64,000 nt of DNA from Eledone cirrhosa (taxonomy: Eukaryota). The notes beneath the pieces were generated by a model that saw only the letters and a program-made list of their open reading frames with translations, was not told the origin of the DNA and ran no database searches. Positions 39,880-54,060 of this stretch are shown piece by piece (the first letter of the stretch is position 1; the number at the start of each line of letters is the position of its first letter). The DNA lies in assembly GCA_964016885.1 (NCBI GenBank), contig OZ024753.1, positions 16,368,001-16,432,000 on the forward strand, written 5' to 3'. The translations under genes and the position numbers were made by a program.

Positions 39880-41275
39880 CAGCACACCCAAGTCTCACTA
39901 CCATGTATATATGCATCATACAAGTTCGTATATATGCATCATACAATCTGCCTTTCATTTTTAGAGAAAAACCCCTTGTGGCCAACACTGGTATTAGCTC
40001 TCTGAACTTTTTCTATCATGTTCTAACTCTGGCTACTACACTTTCAGTGCAATCTCCTCCACTACTGATTTTGTTACCCAGGTAACGGAAGGTGACTACT
40101 ATTTCTATAGAACCATCTGAGCAGTTGAAGGAGATATCATCCAGTAGGTCCTTGCTACTTACTGCACCTGAGCAATCGGTCACATATAAAATCTACGTTC
40201 TTAGATAGCTTACCTCTGATCCCACTTATTCTTTTATGTACCCATAGTATGCATTTGGGACATAGAATGGAGTTTCTGCCTACTCCTTTCTTACACACTG
40301 AGCATGGCCATTTCCCAGAGGGTACCTGTGCCCTATTCTCCTTTCTATATACTAGAACCTTAGTCTTAGACAAGTTGACTCTAAGGCCTTTTGATTCAAG
40401 GCCATGCTTCCATGTTTGGAACTTCCTCTCTAGTTCAGCCATAGATTCAGCTATGAGAGTTAGATCATCTGCATATAGAAGTTCCCATGGGCAGCCTGTC
40501 TTAAACCCCTGTAGGACAATAATAAACAGGAGGGGGCTAAGAATGGATCCCTGGTGTACCCCTACCATTACGCTAAATTCATCACTATATTCTTCGTTAA
40601 TTCTAACCTTGCTGACTGTTCCTCTATACATGGCTTGTATAGCTCTCACAAGCCATTTTTCCACTCCTAGTTTTCTAAGAGCCCACCAGATAATGGAGCG
40701 GGGGACTCTGTCAAAGGCCTTCTCCAGGTCAACAAAAACTAAGTAGAGGGGTTTACTGTTAGCTAGGTACTTTTCCTGTAGTTGTCGTACAAGGCAAAGA
40801 GCATCCGTGGTACTTTTACCTGACACAAACCCAAACTGCATTTCATTTAGATCAATTCGATCTCTGATTAGTTGAGTAATAACTCTTTCTGTGACTTTCA
40901 TGATTTGGTCAACTAATTTAATACCCCATATAGTTTCCTCTATCCAGGGTGTCTCCTTTGCTCTTGTAACAGTTGATGATGCTGATGCTACGCCAGTCAT
41001 TTGGTATGACCACATTCTGTATTACTTGGTTTACTATCCGGGTTACCATAGTATGTCCCACCATTCCAGATTCCTTCAACATTTCACCAACTATCCCCGA
41101 AGGCCCAGCTGCCTTGCCTGTCTTCATATTTTTTATTGCCTTACTTACTACACTACCATTAACTGCTGGTCCTTCTACTGGATCGATGTGGGGCAGACTA
41201 CCTTTATTCCATTCATTCTCCACATTCAGTAGTCTCTCGTAGTGACACTTCCAAGCTACCTTCTTATCACTATCA
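39880..41275 (-). mobile_element. RTE LINE RT fragment (second subfamily, frameshifted)
   Basis: ORFs 40918-41223 and 40155-41015 are collinear with the 34363 ORF and include YADD. Confidence 0.9.
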
Positions 41276-41971
41276 TATATATGTGTGTGTCTGTGTGTGT
41301 GTGTATGTGTGTGTCTGTGTGTGTGTGTATGTGTGCATGTCTGTTGAACAATGAAAACAGAAGGCGAAGTTTAGCATTTAACTGGTTCATTGTTTTACGA
41401 TCAATTCAGAAGATTGATTGATCATAAATCAATATAGTGACCAATCAACACTAGTTATGTAACTACATATCTTTAGTCTTGATACTATAAATCTATCTCA
41501 CCATCTTATACATAGTAACAGGACTCACTATTTAGACTTAATGAATATTTAAACTCTACTTTGGTATTGAGTACTTCTTTCTCTCAGCCTTCAACGACAT
41601 ATGAATTTACAGTCCCAGCTACTTGTAGTCGGTAGAGCACTGTCAACACTCTGAGATCTTCTGGCTAATGGAGAGACACCCAATCACACATCCTGTGATA
41701 AACAGGTGAAACTCCAGAGTAACAAGTCTCTTTATTTAGCCTTAATAAAATGAATATTTCTACTCTACCCCAGTATTGAGTACTCTTTTCTCTCATCTGT
41801 CAACCACATATATATATATATATCATCACCGTTTAACATCCATTTTACACACTAGCATGGGTTATATATATATATATAAGTAGAAGGGGTATTTAATTTG
41901 TTGGAAGTCCAACAAATATAAATGTTTATAACTGATTTAGAGCACTCAACAGTTTACTGGAGTAAATATTC

Positions 41972-42255
41972 AATCTTGACTATCCAATCTTGACCATCTA
42001 GTCTTGACCATCCAGTCTTGACCATCTAGTATTGACCATCCAGTCTTGACCATCCTGCCCTGACCATCCAGTCTTGACCATCCTGTCCTGACCATCCAGT
42101 CTTGACCATTCCAACATGACCATTCAGTCATGACCATCCCATCCTGACCATCCAATCTTGAGCAGCCAGTCTTGACCATCCAGTCATGACCATCCAGTCA
42201 TGACCAGCCAGTGTTGACTGGATGGTCAAGACCAGTTTTTACCATCCGGTCTTGA
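41972..42255. repeat. 14-bp degenerate tandem repeat
   Basis: accatccagtcttg units. Confidence 0.88.
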
Positions 42256-42321
42256 TGTTTTAGACAAAGGACTAAATTATGTCTTTTTCTGTTTCTAAGA
42301 CAGTGAGGTGTTACTTGGGGG

Positions 42322-42920
42322 AGCCACACTGAATGGCAGGCCTACATGGCCACACTGAATGGCAGGCCTACATGGCCACACTGAATGGCAGGCCTACATG
42401 CACACTGAATGGCAGGCCTACATGCACACTGAATGGCAGGCCTACATGCACACTGAATGGCAGGCCTACATGGCCACACTGAATGGCAGGCCTACATGGC
42501 CACACTGAATGCCAGGCCTACATGGCCACACTGAATGGCAGGCCTACATGGCCAAAATGAATGGCAGGCCTACATGGCCACACTGAATGGCAGGCCTACA
42601 TGGTCACAATGAATGGCAGGCCTACATGACCACACTGAATGGCAGGCCTACATGGCCACAATGAATGGCAGGCCTACATGGCCACACTGAATGGCAGGCC
42701 TACATGGCCACAATGAATGGCAGGCCTACATGGCCACAATGAATGGCAGGCCTACATGGCCACACTGAATGGCAGGCCTACATGGCCACACTGAATGGCA
42801 GGCCTACATGGCCACAATGAATGGCAGGCCTACATGGCCACACTGAATGGCAGGCCTACATGGCCACACTGAATGGCAGGCCTACATGGCCACACTGAAT
42901 GGCAAGCCTACATGGCCACA
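42322..42920. repeat. 26-bp minisatellite
   Basis: Unit ggccacactgaatggcaggcctacat. Confidence 0.96.
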
Positions 42921-43051
42921 CAATTTTACTTTCGGCCAGTTTTGTTTTGTGGTGAAATTAACATAGTTTTTCAGATAATTTTAGACAATTCTAAAACACT
43001 TCAGTCTCAAGTGAGTTCTAACTCAGTAAACCAGACTAGCCTAACCTTAAC

Positions 43052-44085
43052 AACCTATGGTAACCTACCCTATGGTAACCTACCCTATAGAACCCTACCC
43101 TATAGTAATCTACCCTATAGTAACCAACCTATAGTAACCTACCCTATGGTAACCCACCCTATGGTAACCTACTCCATGTTAACCTACCCTATGGTAACCT
43201 ACATTATTATAACCTACCCTATGGTAACCTACCCTATAGTAACCTACCCTATAGTAACCAACCTATAGTAACCTACCCTATGGTAACCCATCCAAGGTAA
43301 CCTACTCTATGTTAACCTACCCTATGGTAACCTACCCTATGGTAACCTACCCTATAGTAACCTACCCTATAGTAACCAACCTATAGTAACCTATCCTATG
43401 GTAACCCATCCTATTGTAACCTACCCTATGGTAACCTACCCTATGGTAACCTACCCTATGGTAATCTACCCTATGGTAACCTACCCTATGGTAACCTCCC
43501 CTATGGTAACCTAACCTATAGTAACCAACCTATAGTAACCTAACCTATAGTAACCTACCCTATAGTAACCAACATATAGTAACCTACCCTATGGTAACCT
43601 ACCTTATGGTAACCTCCCCTATGGTAACCTACCCTATAGTAACCTACTCTATAGTAACCTACCCTATAGTAACCTACTCTATGGTAACCTACCCTATAGT
43701 AACACACCTATGGTAACCTACCCTAGGGTAACATACCCTGTAGTACCCTACCCTATGGTAACCTACCCTATAGTAACCAACCCTATGGTAACCTACCCTA
43801 TAATAAACTACCCTATGGTAAGATACCCTATGGCAACCTACCCTATGGTAACCTACCCTATGGTAACCTACCATATGGTAACCTACAATATAGTAACCTA
43901 CCCTATAGTACCCTACCATATGGTAACCTACCCTATGGTAACCTACCCTATGGTAACCTACCCTTAGTACCCTACCCTATGGTAACCTACCCTATGGTAA
44001 CCTACTCTATAGTAGCCTACCCTATGGTAACCTACCCGATGGCAACCTACACTATAGTAACCTAACCTATAGTAATCTACCCTAT
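43052..44085. repeat. 15-bp minisatellite
   Basis: Unit aacctaccctat(g/a)gt. Confidence 0.95.
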
Positions 44086-44580
44086 GATGGTGGTGGTTGG
44101 TGGTGGTGGTAGTAGAGGTGGTGGTGGTGGTGGTGGTGGTTGGTGGTGGTGGTGGTGGTTGGTGGTGGTGGTGATGGTGGTAGTAGAGGTGGTAGTGATG
44201 GTGGTGGTTGGTGGTGGCGGTGATGGTGGTAGTAGACGTAGTAGTGGTGGTGGTGGTGGTGGTGGTGATGGTGGTAGTAGAGGTGGTAGTGGTGGTGGTG
44301 GTGGTGGTTGGTGGTGATGGTAGTAGAGGTGGTGGTGGTGGTGGTAGTAGAAGTGGTGGTTGGTGGTGGTGGTGATAGTGGTAGTAGAGGTGGTGGTGGT
44401 GGTGGTGGTGGCGGTGGTTGGTGGTGGTGGTAGTAGAGGTGGTGGTGGTGGCGGTGGTTGGTGGTGGTGGTGGTAGTAGAGGTGGTGGTGGTGGTGGTGG
44501 TTGGTGGTGGTAGTAGCGGTGGTGGTGGTGGTGGTGGTTGGTGGTGGTGGTTGGTGGTGGTGGTGGTGGTGGTGGTAATC
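44086..44580. repeat. (GGT)n imperfect microsatellite
   Basis: Direct reading. Confidence 0.95.
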
Positions 44581-45010
44581 ATGGTGTTAATGTTGCTGGT
44601 GGTGTTGGTGTTATATTGATGGTGGTGTTATGTTGGGGTGGAGGTGTCGTTAATGGTGGTGTTAGTGCTGTTGTTGTTAGTGCTGTTGTTGTTATTCTAG
44701 TAATATTATTGTTACAGCAGCAGCAGCAGTAGTAGTAGTAGTATTAGTAGTAGGTGGGGTGAGTGGTGGTGAGGTGTGGTGTGGGCCTATGACAATGGCT
44801 TACATTAATGGTTCTCACATACGCATACACACACGCACTCAGACATAAACTCACACACACACATACACACACGCACTCAGATAGAGTAACATGGAGTGAC
44901 ACACACACACTCATACACACACACACACCCACACACACACAAACAAGTACTTCAGTTTTGTAAGAACATGTAATAAATTCCTTTCAGAAAGCAGAACAAG
45001 GTGAGAAATG

Positions 45011-45605
45011 TAACAACAACAACAACAACAACGACCACAACAACAACAACAACAACAACAGCAACAACAACAACAACGACAACAACAACAACAACAACAA
45101 CGACCACAACAACAACAACAACAACCACTGCCATAACAACAACAACAACAACAACGACAACGACCACAACAACAACAACAACCACTACCACAGCAACAAC
45201 AACAACAACAACCACATCAGTAACAACAGCAACCACAACAACAACAATAACCACAACAATAACGACAACAACAACCACAACGATAACAACAACAACCACA
45301 ACAATAAGAACAGCAACAATAACAAAAATAATAACAGCAGAAAAATAATAACAGCAACAATAACCACAACAACAACCACAACAATAACAACAGTAACAAA
45401 AACAACAACAACCACAACAATAACAACAGTAACAAAAACAACAACAACCACAACAATAACAACAGCAACAATAACAACAATAATAACAGCACAAAAATAA
45501 TAACAGCAACAATAACAACAATAATAACAGCACAAAAATAATAACAGCAACAATAACAACAACAACCAAAACAATAACAACAGCAACAATAACAACAGCA
45601 ATAAT
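45011..45605. repeat. (AAC)n imperfect microsatellite
   Basis: Direct reading. Confidence 0.95.
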
Positions 45606-45863
45606 CCCAAGAAAGAACATAAGAAAACAAAAAAGAAGTTCCCTTTAATCTGGAAAAAAACTATTTTTGATAAAGTAGGGAAAATCAGATTAAGTTTGTA
45701 ATTAATTAATTAAATATAAAAAAATTATTTTGGAAAATATCCAAGATAATTCCCTTCTCCTCAACCTTCTCCTCCTTATCCTTAAAAATCAATGGAAAGA
45801 TTTCTGTTATATTGATGGAGCCTGTAACAACTTTATGTGGTGTACTCCTTGTATAATATGGAT

Positions 45864-48800
45864 TGTAAAGTGGTTGTTATGGTGTCGTGATAGAAAGTAC
45901 CCAGTCCACACTGTAAAGTGGTTGTTATGGTGTCATGATAGAAAGTACCCACTCCACACTGTAAAGTGGTTGTTATGGTGTCATGATAGAAAGTACCCAG
46001 TCCACACTGTAAAGTGGTTGTTATGGTGTCATGATAGAAAGTACCCAGTCCACACTGTAAAGTGGTTGTTATGGTGTCATGATAGAAAGTACCCAGTCCA
46101 CACTATAAAGTGGTTGTTATGGTGTCATGATAGAAAGTACCCAGTCCACACTGTAAAGTGGTTGTTATGGTGTCAAGATAGAAAGTACCCAGTCCACACT
46201 GTAAAGTGGTTGTTATGGTGTCATGATAGAAAGTACCCAGTCCACACTATAAAGTGGTTGTTATGGTGTCATGATAGAAAGTACCCACTACACACTGTAA
46301 AGTGGTTGTTATGGTGTCATGATAGAAAGTACCCAGCCCACACTGTAAAGTGGTTGTTATGGTGTCATCATAGAAAGTACCCAGTCCACACTATAAAGTG
46401 GTTGTTATGGTGTCATGATAGAAAGTACCCACTCCACACTGTAAAGTGGTTGTTATGGTGTCATGATAGAAAGTACCCAGTCCACACTGTAAAGTGGTTG
46501 TTATGGTGTCATGATAGAAAGTACCCAGTCCACACTGTAAAGTGGTTGTTATGGTGTCAAGATAGAAAGTACCCAGTCCACACTGTAAAGTGGTTGTTAT
46601 GGTGTCATGATAGAAAGTACCCAGTCCACACTGTAAAGTGGTTGTTATGGTATCATGATAGAAATTACCCAGTCCACACTGTAAAGTGGTTGTTATGGTG
46701 TCATGATAGAAAGTACCCACTCCACACTGTAAAGTGGTTGTTATGGTGTCATGATAGAAAGTACCCAGTCCACACTGTAAAGTGGTTGTTATGGTGTCAT
46801 GATAGAAAGTACCCAGTCCACACTGTAAAGTGGTTGTTATGGTATCATGATAGAAAGTACCCAGTCCACACTGTAAAGTGGTTGTTATGGTATCATGATA
46901 GAAAGTACCCAGTCCACACTGTAAAGTGGTTGTTATGGTGTTGTGATAGAAAGTACCTAGTCCACACTGTAAAGTGGTTGTTATGGTGTCATGATAGAAA
47001 GTACCCAGTCCACACTGTAAAGTGGTTGTTATGGTGTTGTGATAGAAAGTACCTAGTCCACACTGTCAAGTGGTTGTTATGGTGTCATGATAGAAAGTGC
47101 CCAGTCCACACTGTAAAGTGGTTGTTATGGTGTCATGATAGAAAGTACCCACTCCACACTGTAAAGTGGTTGTTATGGTGTCATGATAGAAAGTACCCAG
47201 TCCACACTGTAAAGTGGTTGTTATGGTGTTGTGATAGAAAGTACCTAGTCCACACTGTAAAGTGGTTGTTATGGTGTCATGATAGAAAGTACCCACTCCA
47301 CACTGTAAAGTGGTTGTTATGGTGTCATGATAGAAAGTACCCAGTCCACACTGTAAAGTGGTTGTTATGGTATCATGATAGAAAGTACCCAGTCCACACT
47401 GTAAAGTGGTTGTTATAGTGTCATGATAGAAAGTACCCACTCCACACTGTAAAGTGGTTGTTATGGTGTCATGATAGAAAGTACCCAGTCCACACTGTAA
47501 AGTGGTTGTTATGGTGTCATGATAGAAAGTACCCAGTCCACACTGTAAAGTGGTTGTTATGGTATCATGATAGAAAGTACCCAGTCCACACTGTAAAGTG
47601 GTTGTTATGGTGTCATGATAGAAAGTACCCAGCCCACACTGTAAAGTGGTTGTTATGGTGTCATGATAGAAAGTACCCAGTCCACACTGTAAAGTGGTTG
47701 TTATGGTGTCATGATAGAAAGTACCCACTCCACACTGTAAAGTGGTTGTTATGGTGTCATGATAGAAAGTACCCAGTCCACACTGTAAAGTGGTTGTTAT
47801 GGTGTCATGATAGAAAGTACCCAGTCCACACTGTAAAGTGGTTGTTATGGTGTCATGATAGAAAGTACCCAGTCCACACTGTAAAGTGGTTGTTATGGTG
47901 TCATGATAGAAAGTACCCAGTCCACACTGTAAAGTGGTTGTTATGGTGTTGTGATAGAAAGTACCTAGTCCACACTGTAAAGTGGTTGTTATGGTGTCAT
48001 GATAGAAAGTACCCAGTCCACACTGTAAAGTGGTTGTTATGCTGTCATGATAGAAAGTACCCAGTCCACACTGTAAAGTGGTTGTTATGGTGTCATGATA
48101 GAAAGTACCCAGTCCACACTGTAAAGTGGTTGTTATGGTGTCATGATAGAAAGTACCCAGTCCACACTGTAAAGTGGTTGTTATGGTGTCATGATAGAAA
48201 GTACCCAGTCCACACTGTAAAGTGGTTGTTATGGTGTCATGATAGAAAGTACCCAGTCCACACTGTAAAGTGGTTGTTATGGTGTCATGATAGAAAGTAC
48301 ACACTACACACTGTAAAGTGGTTGTTATGGTGTCATGATAGAAAGTACCCACTCCACACTGTAAAGTGGTTGTTATGGTGTCATGATAGAAAGTACCCAG
48401 TCCACACTGTAAAGTGGTTGTTATGGTGCCATGATAGAAAGTACCCAGTCCACACTGTAAAGTGGTTGTTATGGTGTCATGATAGAAAGTACCCACTACA
48501 CACTGTAAAGTGGTTGTTATGGTGTCATGATAGAAAGTACCCAGTCCACACTGTAAAGTGGTTGATATGGTGTCATGATAGAAAGTACCCAGCCCACACT
48601 GTAAAGTGGTTGTTATGGTGTCATGATAGAAAGTACCCAGTCCACACTGTAAAGTGGTTGTTATGGTGTCATGATAGAAAGTACCCAGTCCACACTGTAA
48701 AGTGGTTGTTATGGTGTCATGATAGAAAGTACCCAGTCCACACTGTAAAGTGATTGTTATGGTGTCATGATAGAAAGTACCCAGTCCACACTGTAAAGTG

Positions 48801-50817
48801 GTTGTTATGGTGTCATGATAGAAAGTTCCCAGTCCACACTGTAAAGTGGTTGTTATAGTGTCATGATAGAAAGTACCCACTCCACACTGTAAAGTGGTTG
48901 TTATGGTGTCATGATAGAAAGTACCCAGTCCACACTGTAAAGTGGTTGTTATGGTGTCATGATAGAAAGTACCCAGTCCACACTGTAAAGTGGTTGTTAT
49001 GGTATCATGATAGAAAGTACCCAGTCCACACTGTAAAGTGGTTGTTATGGTGTCATGATAGAAAGTACCCAGTCCACACTGTAAAGTGGTTGTTATGGTG
49101 TCATGATAGAAAGTACCCAGTCCACACTGTAAAGTGGTTGTTATGGTGTCATGATAGAAAGTACCCACTCCACACTGTAAAGTGGTTGTTATGGTGTCAT
49201 GATAGAAAGTACCCAGTCCACACTGTAAAGTGGTTGTTATGGTGTCATGATAGAAAGTACCCAGTCCACACTGTAAAGTGGTTGTTATGGTGTCATGATA
49301 GAAAGTACCCAGTCCACACTGTAAAGTGGTTGTTATGGTGTCATGATAGAAAGTACCCAGTCCACACTGTAAAGTGGTTGTTATGGTGTCATGATAGAAT
49401 GTACCCAGTCCACACTGTAAAGTGGTTGATATGGTGTCATGATAGAAAGTACCCAGCCCACACTGTAAAGTGGTTGTTATGGTGTCATGATAGAAAGTAC
49501 CCAGTCCACACTGTAAAGTGGTTGTTATGGTGTCATGATAGAAAGTACCCAGTCCACACTGTAAAGTGGTTGTTATGGTGTCATGATAGAAAGTACCCAG
49601 TCCACACTGTAAAGTGGTTGTTATGGTGTCATGATAGAAAGTACCCAGTCCACACTGTAAAGTGGTTGTTATGGTGTCATGATAGAAAGTACCCAGTCCA
49701 CACTGTAAAGTGGTTGTTATGGTGTCATGATAGAAAGTTCCCAGTCCACACTGTAAAGTGGTTGTTATGGTGTCATGATAGAAAGTACCCAGTCCACACT
49801 GTAAAGTGGTTGTTATGGTGTCATGATAGAAAGTACCCAGTCCACACTGTAAAGTGGTTGTTATGGTGTCATGATAGAAAGTTCCCAGTCCACACTGTAA
49901 AGTGGTTGTTATGGTGTCATGATAGAAAGTACCCACTCCACACTGTAAAGTGGTTGTTATGGTGTCATGATAGAAAGTACACACTACACACTATAAAGTG
50001 GTTGTTATGGTGTCATGATAGAAAGTACCCAGTCCACACTGTAAAGTGGTTGTTATGGTGTCATGATAGAAAGTACCCAGTCCACACTGTAAAGTGGTTG
50101 TTATGGTGTCATGATAGAAAGTACCCAGTCCACACTGTAAAGTGGTTGTTATGGTGTCATGATAGAAAGTACCCAGTCCACACTGTAAAGTGGTTGTTAT
50201 GGTGTCATGATAGAAAGTTCCCAGTCCACACTGTAAAGTGGTTGTTATGGTGTCATGATAGAAAGTTCCCAGTCCACACTGTAAAGTGGTTGTTATGGTG
50301 TCATGATAGAAAGTTCCCAGTCCACACTGTAAAGTGGTTGTTATGGTGTCATGATAGAAAGTACCCAGTCCACACTGTAAAGTGGTTGTTATGGTATCAT
50401 GATAGAAAGTTCCCAGTCCACACTGTAAAGTGGTTGTTATGGTGTCATGATAGAAAGTACCTAGTCCACACTGTAAAGTGGTTGTTATGGTGTCATGATA
50501 GAAAGTACCCAGTCCACACTGTTAAGTGGTTGTTATGGTGTCATGATAGAAAGTTCCCAGTCCACACTGTAAAGTGGTTGTTATGGTGTCATGATAGAAA
50601 GTACACAGTCCACACTATAAAGTGGTTGTTATGGTGTCATTATAGAAAGTTCCCAGTCCACACTGTAAAGTGGTTGTTATGGTGTCATGATAGAAAGTAC
50701 ACAGTCCACACTGTAAAGTGGTTGTTATGGTGTCATGATAGAAAGTACCCAGTCCACACTGTAAAGTGGTTGTTATGGTGTCATGATAGAAAGTACCCAG
50801 TCCACACTGTAAAGTGG
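45864..50817. repeat. 5-kb 45-bp satellite (~110 copies)
   Basis: Unit ccagtccacactgtaaagtggttgttatggtgtcatgatagaaagtac (period 45). Confidence 0.98.
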
Positions 50818-51204
50818 CAACGTAGGTCTCACAACAAAAAGCACCCAGTCCACACTGTAACATGATCATGTTAGTACCACAACAGAAAGCACCCAGACCA
50901 CACTGTAAAGTGGTTGGCATTAGGAAGAGTATCCATGTCTAGAAACCAAGCCGAATCACTTCTGTATCAGTAAGACATGCTCACCTGATCTGGTGTTTCT
51001 CACAAAGGGACAACTCGTCTAACCCATACTAGCATAGAAATATGAACATTAAATACAAGATGAGGAGGTAATGAGGGGGAGAGAGAGAAGAGCATGTCCC
51101 TTGTTATAACTACAGATGGAGGGGGGGTTATTGTGAGAGATAGAAGGGCCTGTCCTTTATTATTACTACAGAAGGAGGGGTTTATAACTACAGATAGATT
51201 GAGT

Positions 51205-51478
<274 letters not shown>

Positions 51479-52058
51479 AGAGGCTGTTGATTTGACAGGA
51501 AATACTTAAGACAATAAGTGTGTAGAGACATTCACTGACCTCTGACCTCTTTTGTTTTGGGCAGTGGAGTGACCTGTGACCTGATGGCAGCAGTATAAGA
51601 TATGATAGTGGCAGAATCTTTGAGAAAACATCATTTAATTGTCTCCCAAGCTAGACACAAACACAGACACATACACAGAGAGAGAGACACACACAGACAC
51701 ACACCCACACACTTACACACACACATATACATACACACACACATACACTTACACACATACAGACACATACAACACTGCCCAAGCATGATTAAACATGCAT
51801 ACACAAACAAATACTAGATACCCACATAGACATGTCAATGCATGCATACACATACACATAAATATGTTGACAGCCACATACACATACAGACAGATGTATT
51901 TCTTTATTTGCCACAAGGGCGAACAAGAAAAGGGGACAATACAAAGATATAAGACCATTGAAAGACTGAGAATAAGGAGGTACTGACCAGTGACCAGTGA
52001 AAGACAGAGAATAAGGAGGTACTGACCAGTGGAAGACAGAGAATAAGGAGGTACTGAC

Positions 52059-52189
52059 CAATGCAAGTGATGTCAGACTTGGTATGTTGATTATTTCAAT
52101 TAACTCAAGTAAATTTTCTTCCAGTTTAAGAGTGGTAAGATGAGGAAATTCTAATCCATTAAATTGTGACAATTCTTTGATTCTGTTGC
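52059..52189 (-). CDS. LRRC23: LRRC23-like LRR protein, internal coding exon (most 5' exon found in window)
   Basis: Acceptor ttcaatttcag|GC, donor TTG|gtcagt, 131 nt, phase 1->0. Translates (x)NRIKELSQFNGLEFPHLTTLKLEENLLELIEIINIPSLTSLAL, with an LxxLxLxxNxL pattern. Splices in frame to the 31994 exon. Confidence 0.85.
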
Positions 52190-52204
52190 CTGAAATTGAA
52201 GATG

Positions 52205-52760
52205 GAAGAAAGAAAGGTGAGAAAACTTAGAGACAGTGGAGTTCCTAGTGTAAGATATCTGCACAACAGGAAATCTAAGAAAAAACTCAAGCAGAAGGGG
52301 TGAAAGTGGTTGTTAGGATGGGGAAGCTGACAAAAGTGACAGGAAAGAGGCTCTCGTGGAGAAGACTAGTCTAACCCACACAATCTTGAGAAAAAAACAG
52401 ATGTAAAGATGATAAATGGGGTAGAGAAAGTTGAGGAATCTACATCTGTTAGTGACTTTAATGACTCCCTCTCTCTGGCTGAAGGGTAGAATGTATGATG
52501 TGTATGTAGGCAGTGCAACTTTACATGGTAGTGAGATGCGGTAAGGAGAGTCAGATTTTGCATACAGGAAAGATGACTGCATCGCTACAGACACATAACT
52601 CATGTGGATGATGTCCATTGGATGAAGAAGTGGCAGGAGTTCCAAGTAAAAGGAAGCCCCATGGAAGAGGTAGACATAGGCAGAAGAGGTGAAAACAGAT
52701 CTCAGTATGCAGAACCTCACCCACAAAGGGATGACAAAGGAAAATAACTAGTTGAGGACT
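52205..52760 (+). mobile_element. Old degenerate RTE fragment
   Basis: Residual nucleotide similarity to RTE ORF end (gaagggtagaatgtatgat, ttacatggtagtgaga). Confidence 0.55.
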
Positions 52761-53152
52761 CATTTATCTTATAGGTGCATGGGTCTAGTGGTAAGTGTGT
52801 TGGACAAATGACCATAGTGTCATAGATTTCATTCTTGGACTGGGTTGTGTGTTGTATTCTTGAGAGCAAAACACTTCATTTCACATTGCTTCAGTATATT
52901 CAGCTGAAAATGAAATAAGTACCAGCAATAGCTGGGTGTTTAACTCTGAGATGGGCTGGCATCCTGTCCAGTGGGAAGTCTTATACACTCAGTTTCTTCA
53001 TGGCACAGAAACCAGGATAAGCACCGACTTGATGAGCCTCCAGGCTCGTGACAGACTTTATACATCTAACCGATGCAGACCTGGATAAATGAACTTAAAC
53101 ATGACTATAACGATGATATATATTTGATAGCTGTCACATGATCTCAGCTTAA

Positions 53153-53546
53153 CCCTTTAGCATTCACATTATTTTGGATTGGCAGTATCGGTAGAGGGTC
53201 GGACGCCATGCTTTCCAGCATAGTTACGTCCCTTTATGATCTGAGTTCAAATCCTGCCGAGGTTAACTTTGCCTTTCATCCTTACGGGATCGATAAAATA
53301 AAGTACCAGTAATGCACTGGGATAATTGCTGGCCTTGTGCCTAAAGTAGAAACAATTATTTTATATATACTATTATATTTTCATGGTAAAGGCTTTACCT
53401 CACAATTATCTCACATAATATCGAATCCATGAGATTTTGAAAGTATTTATTTTGAGAACAATACCTTAACATCAGTTTGAGTGACCAGTTACAGCCAGTT
53501 TCAATAGAAGGGGTAGAGAATTCTGGCCGGTTTGAACACTAAAGGG
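53153..53546 (-). mobile_element. piggyBac-like MITE with nested SINE
   Basis: TTAA|ccctttag ... ctaaaggg|TTAA, with a SINE at ~53176-53360. Empty-site paralogs with a single TTAA at ~53788 and ~54156. Confidence 0.85.
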
Positions 53547-53845
53547 TTAAAATATTGATAGTGAGACTCATATATGTTTATTATATATAAAAACATCTTT
53601 GCCTTTCATCCTTACGGGTCGAGTAAAATAAAGTACCAGTAATGCACTGGGTAATTGCTGGCCTTGTGCCTAAAGTAGAAACAATTATATATAAAAACAT
53701 CATATATATCTTCATATACACCTGTTATGAATCACGCTATGTTATAGTGGCACTGTTAGTTAATCCTAGCTGTGACATGATCTCAGCTTAAAACATTCAT
53801 AGTGAGACTCCTGTATCTTTATTATATATATATATACATATAAGA

Positions 53846-54060
53846 GCGGTGGATTTGCAGTATCGGTAGAGTCGGATACCATGCTTTGCAGCATAGAGTT
53901 ATGGTCCTTTACGGTCTGAGTTCAAATCCCGCCGAGGTTAACTTTGCCTTTCATCCTTACAGGGTCGATAAAATAAAGTACCAGTAACATACTGGGGTCG
54001 ATTTAATCGACTGCCCCCACCCAAATGATTGGCCTTGTGCCTATAGTAGAAATCATTATT
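53846..54060 (+). mobile_element. tRNA-derived SINE family 1
   Basis: Full-length copy inserted in a (TA)n run. Confidence 0.85.

Noticed and set aside
41660-41725. Possible hammerhead ctgg CTAATGG..ggt GAAA ctccagag TA
   Set aside because: Two core mismatches and a poor stem I. At best a decayed relic, so not counted.
44082-45630. Poly-Thr/Pro/His mucin-like ORFs
   Set aside because: Trinucleotide microsatellites, open in most frames.
45730-50865. ORFs of 431-972 aa on both strands
   Set aside because: They arise from a 45-bp (15-codon) stop-free unit derived from a retroelement UTR. There are no unique domains or splice context.
51789-52172. 127-aa single-exon ORF
   Set aside because: Only 52059-52189 is LRR-coding. 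The rest is read-through into the intron.
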